64,000 nucleotides of DNA from a virus. Of this stretch, positions 57,393-64,000 are shown piece by piece; within the stretch, counting starts at the first letter, position 1, and the number at the start of each line of letters is the position of its first letter. A model generated the notes under the pieces. It searched no databases, was not told where the DNA came from, and worked only from the letters and a program-made list of their open reading frames with translations. The translations under genes and the position numbers were made by a program. The DNA lies in IMG/VR virus record IMGVR_UViG_3300044998_001357, positions 1 through 64,000 of that record. One strand, written 5' to 3'.

Positions 57393-59021
57393 ATGTATCG
57401 ACTCATTTTAGTCTATCTGGTGTTGGCCTTTAGCTTCCCCTTGTTCGCCGCTCGTTCGGATGATGAGGAGTTGTCTGGAGATGTGCCGCCCAGTGCGGAG
57501 ACCGAACTGTACGCCGCACTGCGACACAAATACTCCGGGCGATTTGAGGCAGAAGACCTTAACCATATCTATTACTTTACGACCTATGCCATTCCAGAGA
57601 AGTGGAATCTCAATGGCGAAGAGGTCCAACTACGTCAACAGGCAGATTACGCTCTGTCGTTTGTGTTGAATAGCTGTGCCTCTCATAAGTCTGAGGGGCA
57701 TATTGAGAAGCCACGACGCGTCAATGGAAGCAAAACACTCTGGTGGGTTGATATCCGGGATTATGGCTGGTCTACGGAGGACATGAATACCATCTTCCGG
57801 ATTCAACCTTACTTTTTAGCTCCGCTGGTTACCTCGAAAGAAAACGCGATTATCTTTCGAGCGGACTGGTTTATCGTTAATGCGATGGATAGCACCAAGC
57901 AGGAAGACCGGGGCATCAAGGATATCGCATATTTTATCTTGCTCTACGGCAAGGGGAATGAGCCCAAGAACGCCGAAGAGTTTCGCAAACGCTGGAATGT
58001 GGACCTGAGGACGATTCGGGCACAGAAGCTGGAGACGGGTACGATTGTGGATTCGGGCGAGTCGGGCGTTTCGCAGCACACCCGACAACTGCGGCGAGGT
58101 CGCACGATTACCGGGTACTACTGGGAGACCCGGGACGTAAAATCTCATGACGCCGACCGGGACAAGGTCAAAGCGCGTGATTTCGTCGAGGAGATTTCCG
58201 CTGAACAATTTGATGCAGGTGAGTACATCGTCAGTCACAAAAACGGGCTGCAGGTCTATCTGCTCAGTGCCGGTGTTAACGAAGATTTCAAGGTTGTGAA
58301 TTTTGCCGACCCCACGCTGGTGGTCGACCGCCAGGACCGCCACGACCCCCGCGTGCGAACAGCTAAGGGGTGCATCATTTGCCACTCCATGGGAATTATC
58401 CCCTACACCAACACGGTACGCGACCTGTTTCGTTCCGGGATTGACCTCAAGGTCAAGAACAAAGACCTTGCTCGTGCTCTCAAGGCGTTTTACCTGAAGC
58501 ATGACGGCAGCGAGGTCGAGGACGATAACCGGATTTACGAGCGTGCCGTCAAGCAGGTCAACGGCCTGGACCCCCAGAGCAACGCCAAGGCCTACCAGCT
58601 GGTCTACGACTGGTACTGGAACAATAAGGTCACCCTTGAGCAGGCGGCACGAGAATGGGGTATGGAAACCGAGATGTTCCGCCAACAAATCAAAGGTACA
58701 ACCGGTGGTCGATTAAGCTTGCTATACAAGAACAAACCCATGCCTCGCGAAATTTGGGATGCTGTTCAGACGGGCGGATATATCCAGTCCGGCCTATTGA
58801 TTCGGCGTATCGCATCACCTTTCTCGGTTCCGACTGTTTCGGTTCCGCTTGCGGAAGTCGTCACAAAGACCAATTTGATTGATGGAAAAAAGGTACTGGC
58901 CGAACTAGACCCTGGGGCGAAGGTAGAAATTCTAAAAACATATGACGATGAATGGTTTTATGCCCGTTCTGGTTCTGTCGAAGGGTATATTCTTCGCGCA
59001 AATGTGAAGGAGCTAAAGTGA
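57393..59021 (+). CDS. Secreted CxxCH protein with C-terminal SH3-like domain
   Basis: Signal peptide; GCIICH; C-terminal L..G.KVEIL....W......EGYI. Confidence 0.7.
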   Translation: MYRLILVYLVLAFSFPLFAARSDDEELSGDVPPSAETELYAALRHKYSGRFEAEDLNHIYYFTTYAIPEKWNLNGEEVQLRQQADYALSFVLNSCASHKSEGHIEKPRRVNGSKTLWWVDIRDYGWSTEDMNTIFRIQPYFLAPLVTSKENAIIFRADWFIVNAMDSTKQEDRGIKDIAYFILLYGKGNEPKNAEEFRKRWNVDLRTIRAQKLETGTIVDSGESGVSQHTRQLRRGRTITGYYWETRDVKSHDADRDKVKARDFVEEISAEQFDAGEYIVSHKNGLQVYLLSAGVNEDFKVVNFADPTLVVDRQDRHDPRVRTAKGCIICHSMGIIPYTNTVRDLFRSGIDLKVKNKDLARALKAFYLKHDGSEVEDDNRIYERAVKQVNGLDPQSNAKAYQLVYDWYWNNKVTLEQAAREWGMETEMFRQQIKGTTGGRLSLLYKNKPMPREIWDAVQTGGYIQSGLLIRRIASPFSVPTVSVPLAEVVTKTNLIDGKKVLAELDPGAKVEILKTYDDEWFYARSGSVEGYILRANVKELK

Positions 59022-59704
59022 AATCGGTCAATCGACTTGTGTTATTTGCGTTTGTTTTGTGTGCCACAGTACTGGTGGCACCTGGGGTGTGGGCTAGTTA
59101 TCCTCTGGTTACCCACAGTGCTGTGGTACAACAGGTTCAGCCGATTGTGATTGGGGTGCCGCTTGCGCCGGATTATTACTACTCGGTTGGCGATGGGCTT
59201 TATGCCGAGGAAAGAGAGCGTCGGATTGCCGAGGCGGTTATTCGGCGGTTTGGTCAGGAGTATCAGGTTGTCTCTCCCGGAGCAAAATCTGGGATGGGCT
59301 CCAAAGCCAAGGCCAAGGCCAAGGCCAAGGTAAATTCCGCTCCTGCCCCCTCGCCTCTAAACCGTGATTCGTTCCGACTGGTGGGGGTGATGCCTGTGGC
59401 GAAACAGTCGTTGCCGCCTCCTGCTCGTGATTCTGAAGATGTTGCTGCCATCAATCAAAAAGTGCAGCAGCTTTTTGAAGCCAGTTGCCTGAAATGCCAC
59501 AAGCCGGGCGCTTCCAAGCCTGGTAATATACAGATTTTTACATCTGAGCGAGAGTTGTTTTTTGACTCTGACCCGAAAAAAGAGTCACTTAGGCGTTTGC
59601 GGGTGTATGAATCTGTAGAGAGTGGCGATATGCCACGGGGAGCTCCGCCCTGGACCCCCCAAGAGCGAGCCATTTTGAAGCAATGGTACGAGATGTCCAA
59701 GTAA
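59018..59704 (+). CDS. Secreted c-type cytochrome domain protein
   Basis: Signal peptide; SCLKCH heme motif; SGDMP distal Met; L..W. Confidence 0.8.
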   Translation: MKSVNRLVLFAFVLCATVLVAPGVWASYPLVTHSAVVQQVQPIVIGVPLAPDYYYSVGDGLYAEERERRIAEAVIRRFGQEYQVVSPGAKSGMGSKAKAKAKAKVNSAPAPSPLNRDSFRLVGVMPVAKQSLPPPARDSEDVAAINQKVQQLFEASCLKCHKPGASKPGNIQIFTSERELFFDSDPKKESLRRLRVYESVESGDMPRGAPPWTPQERAILKQWYEMSK

Positions 59705-59716
59705 TGGAGATTGATG

Positions 59717-60055
59717 ATGATGAAGTATGTGATGATTTTTCTGGCTCTGATTTGCATTGCGGCCGCTCCGGTGTTTGCCGGCTGCCCCACCGCGACGGTT
59801 TCAGCGCCTGTTGTGACGACTCAAATTGTGGCAACCCCACTGGTGGCTGTGGCGACCCCTGTGGTCGAGCTACGCCAGACCCAGACGTTTATTCCGGTGG
59901 TTACACAGCAAAAGGTTGTGCAACAGGAAGTGGTTGTCAAGCAAAATGTCGTGCAGCAAAAGGTTGTACAGCAAAAGGTTGTACAGCAAAAGGTTGTACA
60001 GCAAAAGGTGGCGCAGCAGAAGCGTAGGCTTGCGTTGCGGGCTCGCGGCCACTAA
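59717..60055 (+). CDS. Secreted low-complexity protein with QQKVV repeats
   Basis: Signal peptide; 15-nt repeats at ~59953-60010. Confidence 0.65.
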   Translation: MMKYVMIFLALICIAAAPVFAGCPTATVSAPVVTTQIVATPLVAVATPVVELRQTQTFIPVVTQQKVVQQEVVVKQNVVQQKVVQQKVVQQKVVQQKVAQQKRRLALRARGH

Positions 60056-60082
60056 GCCTACCATCCTGAAGAGCAACTTCTT

Positions 60083-60113
60083 ACGCCACGGAAAAACTCC
60101 GTGGCGTTCTTAT
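60083..60113 (+). terminator. Terminator-like hairpin
   Basis: ACGCCACGGA/TCCGTGGCGT followed by T-rich tract. Confidence 0.6.
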
Positions 60114-60163
60114 TTGACAATCGACGTTTCTGAATTACCATGGGCCCATCCCAGGAGGTGACG

Positions 60164-60739
60164 ATGCAAACCGTTCAACGATTAAATAATCTGTTGTGTC
60201 ACATATCCAATGTGCGAAAGGCATGTTTGATTATTGCTGCACAACTTTTGCGAAGGAACCAGGAACAGCTTGCCATCCGTTTAATACAGGCTTCGCAGTT
60301 CCACGATGTCTCCAAGTTTCAGGGTATGGAGTTTGAGTACTTGAACGACAACCAATGGCCACGACCTGAAAACGACCTTCGGAAAGCTGAATTCGACCGG
60401 GCGGTCAGTCTGCATGTCTACAACAATTCGCATCACCCGGAATACTGGGACGGCATCCATAACATGCCCGAGCTTTCGGTGGCGGAAATGGTCGCGGACT
60501 GGCAGGCACGCTCGTGGGAGCAAAACACCGACCTGGAAGAATGGATCAGAGCAAAAGCCACCAAGAGGTTTGGCTTCTCTGAAAAAGACCCAGTCTTTCA
60601 AGTTATTTTGAAGTACGTTGGTATGCTAAAAGGAGAGATTCCTGATGTGCAAGTGGGACTGGCGATTTCTGAAGCTGGCCCGGCAGGTCGCCTCGTGGAG
60701 CAAAGACCCCTCCACTCAGACCGGTGCGGTAATTGTTGA
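60164..60739 (+). CDS. HD-domain protein (DUF5662-like)
   Basis: H...V...HD.SK...H...N.HHPEYW...M.....EMVADW.A.S. Confidence 0.75.
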   Translation: MQTVQRLNNLLCHISNVRKACLIIAAQLLRRNQEQLAIRLIQASQFHDVSKFQGMEFEYLNDNQWPRPENDLRKAEFDRAVSLHVYNNSHHPEYWDGIHNMPELSVAEMVADWQARSWEQNTDLEEWIRAKATKRFGFSEKDPVFQVILKYVGMLKGEIPDVQVGLAISEAGPAGRLVEQRPLHSDRCGNC

Positions 60740-61541
60740 TTCTAGTCGTCGAATTGTCTCGGTGGGCTACAACGGCTTTGCTCGTGGCGTGGACGACACC
60801 CCAGAGCGGTATCTGGAGCGCGAACTTAAGTATCGTCTCATTGTGCATTGTGAACGCAATGCTCTTCTGTTCGCGGACACCCACCGACTTAAGGGCGCGA
60901 CCCTGTACACCTGGCCGTTCATGAGTTGCTCGGTTTGTGCGGGTATGGTCATTCAGTCGGGAATCAGGCGGTGTGTGGCTCCTTTTATCCCCGAGGACAA
61001 GCGTGAGCGTTGGGAGGCGGATATGAAGCTGGCCACCCAGCAGTTCCAGGAGGCGGGGGTGGAGCTCTGTCTGCTTGATGGTCGATTCGAATTTGTTAGT
61101 GACTTCATAGACCACCACAACATGAAGATTGTTGCGAGTTCTGGCCATTTCGACCCCCTTCACGAGGGTCATCTGCGTTACCTAGAGGCGGCCTCACGTC
61201 TGGGGGATTTTCACGTGGTGATTGTCAACAGTGACGCTCAACTTTGTCTAAAGGGTCGTCAACCTTTGCTCAACGAACAACAGCGACTGGAAGTAATTCG
61301 CTCGCTCAAATTCGTCGATGCCGCCGTGCTCTCGGTCGACCAGGACCGCTCGGTCGCGCAGACACTACAAAATATTCGGCCTGCTGTTTTCGCCAATGGT
61401 GGCGATGTGGTTGACGAAAGCCAGTGTCGTGAAGCCATGACCTGCCGATTCCTGGGAATCCAGATGGTTTTTGGTGTGGGAGGTTCCCACAAAATCGCTT
61501 CCTCTAGTGAGCTCCTCGGACGGTTTGTCAAGTCCTCTTGA
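60645..61541 (+). CDS. dCMP deaminase fused to cytidylyltransferase-like domain
   Basis: SKDPST..GAVIV...GYNG...HCE.NA...CxxC, then SGHFDPLHEGH (HxGH)...NSD...ANGGD...SSS. Confidence 0.85.
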   Translation: MCKWDWRFLKLARQVASWSKDPSTQTGAVIVDSSRRIVSVGYNGFARGVDDTPERYLERELKYRLIVHCERNALLFADTHRLKGATLYTWPFMSCSVCAGMVIQSGIRRCVAPFIPEDKRERWEADMKLATQQFQEAGVELCLLDGRFEFVSDFIDHHNMKIVASSGHFDPLHEGHLRYLEAASRLGDFHVVIVNSDAQLCLKGRQPLLNEQQRLEVIRSLKFVDAAVLSVDQDRSVAQTLQNIRPAVFANGGDVVDESQCREAMTCRFLGIQMVFGVGGSHKIASSSELLGRFVKSS

Positions 61542-61587
61542 TGGTGTATCTGACTGGGCTGTCTCAAGACTGTTCGGGAGAATGATA

Positions 61588-63501
61588 ATGAGTATTTTTG
61601 AGAAACGTACGGCTTTCAAGCCGTTCGAATACCCAGATATTGTCAAATTCAAGGAGGCTATTAACCATAGCTATTGGTTGGTGAGCGAGTGGACGTTCTT
61701 GTCCGATTTGGATGATTTTCATACCCGGCTCACCCCGGTCGAGCGTTCCGCCGTCAAGAACGCCCTGCTGGCCATTTCGCAGGTGGAAGTGGCCGTCAAG
61801 AAGTTCTGGGGGCGTCTGGGAGACCGAATCCCCAAGCCCGAGTTCGAGCAGGTAGGGGCGACGTTCGCGGAATGTTTTGCCGATGGTACGGAGGTGCTTA
61901 CCCCGACCGGATGGGTAGACCTGGCCGAGGTCGTGGTGGGAGACGAGGTTCTTCAGTTTAACCAGGACGGCTCTTTCTCTTTTGCTCGGGTGACTCATAA
62001 GGTAGACCGCGAGTACACCGGTCCGATACATCGTTTCCACAATAGAAACACAGAAATACTTGTTACTCCTAATCATAGAATGGTTTGCTTTAATAAAGCC
62101 GGCGAGTACATTGTGACCACTGCCGAAAACCTCTCTGTGCGAAACACCAATCTGTTTCTTCCCGAGGCGGGTCGGCTGGTCGGCGATGGCGCTACCGAAC
62201 TGTCGTTCGAAGAACGGTTGCGTGTGGCCATCCAGGCCGATGGTAATCGCCCAACGACGGGCCGGCGACCGCGATTGGGAGATGGGTCCGGGGTTGAATA
62301 CGAAATCCGTATTAGCGAGCCACGCAAGGTCGAGCGACTAGACTGGATTCTTTCCAATCTTCCTGCGATTGGGTCGTCCAAACGACCCATTCCTTCGCAT
62401 CCAGGCATGTTTTGTTACACGATTGGGATTGATGCAGAATACAACTACAAAGAATTTGACTGGGTTACTCTTGTCGGGAAAACAGCAGAGTGGTGCGAGG
62501 ATTTTATTCAAGAACTCGCGGAGTGGGATGGAACACGACCGGCTGGTAAGAAGGTGAAGTATTCCACTACCAATCGGGCAGCCGCCGACGTGGCTCAGAT
62601 GGTTGGGGTCGGAGCGGGTTACCGAGTTCACCTTGGAACCTACACGGATAAGCGCAAGGATGTGTATATCGTCTCTTTCACTTGCAATAGAGAGCGGGTT
62701 AACTTGCCGTCGCTTAAGAGGGAGGTGGTGGACTACTCGGGGTGGGTGCGATGTGTGACGGTTCCTTCAGGTGCCATCATTACCCGGTATAATGACCAGA
62801 CTTTTATTGCCGGCAACTGTGAGGTGCGCCATGCGGATGCTTATTCTCATCTCCTGGAAATTCTGGGCCTGAATACTGACTTTGAGTTATTACTCAAAAT
62901 TCCAGAGATGCAGGGACGGGTGGAATATCTAGGTGAGTCTGTTCGGAGTGGACCCACCAATTCTGATTTCGCTTCTACATTGTCACTCTTCTCTCTTTTT
63001 GTAGAGAATGTGTCGTTATTTGGACAGTTTCTTGTGGTGAAAAGTATCAACAAGCATCGAAACTTGTTGAAAGATATTGACAATGTCATTCAGGCCACTC
63101 AACAGGAAGAGACTATTCACGCTCGGTTTGGGGCGTTTTTGGTCAATCTTATCAAGGCTGAGCACCCCGAGTGGTTTAACGATGATTTTGTCGTCCGTGT
63201 GCGTGAGGCGTGTCTGCGTGCGTATAAGTATGAGCATGCAATCATAAATTGGATTTATTCCGGCGGTGACCTTCCCTACCTTCCTCGCGAGGACATTTTT
63301 ACGTTCCTGCAGCACCGCTTCAACACCAGCCTGGCGATGATTGGTATCGAACCTCTCTTCGAGGTGGACCAGGCCCGGCTCGATAAAACCTTCTGGTTTG
63401 ATGAGGAAGTCCTGACCGAAACCCGAACCGACTTCTTCCACAAACGACCTGTCTCCTATTCCAAGCACAATAAGCCCGTGAATGCGGAGGATTTGTTCTA
63501 A
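61588..63501 (+). CDS. nrdB: Ribonucleotide reductase class I beta subunit with intein
   Basis: KPFEYP, AISQVEVAVKKFW, E(C)EVRHADAYS, ENVSLF.QF, EE.IH, DFF.KRP..Y. Confidence 0.92.
   Translation: MSIFEKRTAFKPFEYPDIVKFKEAINHSYWLVSEWTFLSDLDDFHTRLTPVERSAVKNALLAISQVEVAVKKFWGRLGDRIPKPEFEQVGATFAECFADGTEVLTPTGWVDLAEVVVGDEVLQFNQDGSFSFARVTHKVDREYTGPIHRFHNRNTEILVTPNHRMVCFNKAGEYIVTTAENLSVRNTNLFLPEAGRLVGDGATELSFEERLRVAIQADGNRPTTGRRPRLGDGSGVEYEIRISEPRKVERLDWILSNLPAIGSSKRPIPSHPGMFCYTIGIDAEYNYKEFDWVTLVGKTAEWCEDFIQELAEWDGTRPAGKKVKYSTTNRAAADVAQMVGVGAGYRVHLGTYTDKRKDVYIVSFTCNRERVNLPSLKREVVDYSGWVRCVTVPSGAIITRYNDQTFIAGNCEVRHADAYSHLLEILGLNTDFELLLKIPEMQGRVEYLGESVRSGPTNSDFASTLSLFSLFVENVSLFGQFLVVKSINKHRNLLKDIDNVIQATQQEETIHARFGAFLVNLIKAEHPEWFNDDFVVRVREACLRAYKYEHAIINWIYSGGDLPYLPREDIFTFLQHRFNTSLAMIGIEPLFEVDQARLDKTFWFDEEVLTETRTDFFHKRPVSYSKHNKPVNAEDLF
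61873..62817 (+). mobile_element. Intein (315 aa) with LAGLIDADG-like endonuclease in nrdB
   Basis: Starts CFADGTEVLT, block B VTPNHR, motifs AIQADG and LAEWDG, ends IAGN followed by Cys+1. Confidence 0.9.
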
Positions 63502-64000
63502 TGAGCGCAGAGTATATCTGGTACACTGAATATACGCATAAGTTCATGAATGCGGGGAGTGGCTACCTTCTGTCCGGTGAGAACGTGGATGAACGCGTTT
63601 GGGAAATCTGTAACACCGCCGAGAAGCGTCTGAAGAAACCGGGCTTCGCCAAGAAGTTCCGTTCATACTTCCAGAGGGGTTGGTACTCGTTTTCAACCCC
63701 CATCTGGGCCAACTTTGGCACCGACCGGGGTTTGCCAATCAGTTGTTATAATTCGCATATCTCGGATTCAATTGATTCGATTCTGGGACATGCGCACGCC
63801 GAAATTGCCATGATGACCAAGTTGGGTGGCGGCACTTCGGCTTACTACGGTGAGGTGCGTGGTCGTGGTGAACCCATTCAGGGAGGCAAAAACGGCCAGT
63901 CTTTTGGCTCGGTCCATTTCGCCAAACATCACGAGTCGCTGATTCAGACCTGCTCGCAGGGCAGTTGCTACGCCGAGGGAACGGAAGTTCTGACCGACCG
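63501..64000 (+). CDS. nrdA: Ribonucleotide reductase class I alpha subunit (5' part, runs off window)
   Basis: Own translation from ATG 63501: STPIWANFGTDRGLPISC, KLGGGTS.Y.G..R.RG, SQGS. Confidence 0.9.
   Translation, partial: MSAEYIWYTEYTHKFMNAGSGYLLSGENVDERVWEICNTAEKRLKKPGFAKKFRSYFQRGWYSFSTPIWANFGTDRGLPISCYNSHISDSIDSILGHAHAEIAMMTKLGGGTSAYYGEVRGRGEPIQGGKNGQSFGSVHFAKHHESLIQTCSQGSCYAEGTEVLTD
63966..64000 (+). mobile_element. Start of a second intein, in nrdA
   Basis: After SQGS the frame reads CYAEGTEVLTD, an intein block A, instead of the expected xRRG. Confidence 0.8.

Overview
The whole window is phage-like and almost entirely + strand. The host is probably a planctomycete (Gemmataceae-like), inferred from a TIGR02996-type motif, a planctomycete-style long acyl carrier protein and cytochrome c genes. 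(1) 1-18.3 kb is a GC-rich siphovirus-type morphogenesis operon: terminase, portal, protease/capsid fusion, head-tail and tail genes, a tail chaperone with a -1 slippery site, tape measure, Cys/Pro-rich tail proteins, a beta-helix protein and a secreted trypsin-like protease. An array of about 26 11/12-bp units follows the terminase region. (2) 18.3-25.7 kb holds a divergent RHH repressor/promoter and small early genes, two complete circularly permuted twister ribozymes that bracket one ORF, and a broken ISL3 transposase. (3) 25.7-64 kb is a visibly less GC-rich large-phage-like region: HNH nucleases, a large serine recombinase, a Dam-type methylase, DUF932, RNase H, an RNA ligase, a truncated release factor that appears to need a +1 shift at CUU-UGA, ACP, a response regulator, a glycosyltransferase cluster containing a DGQHR/DndB-like gene, ThyX, a sigma-like factor, a papain-like protease, two CxxCH proteins, a dCMP deaminase-cytidylyltransferase fusion, and nrdB and nrdA, each with an intein. 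The most interesting items are the twister-flanked gene cassette and the release factor with a prfB-like shift site. All calls come from motif recognition by eye; no database searches were run.
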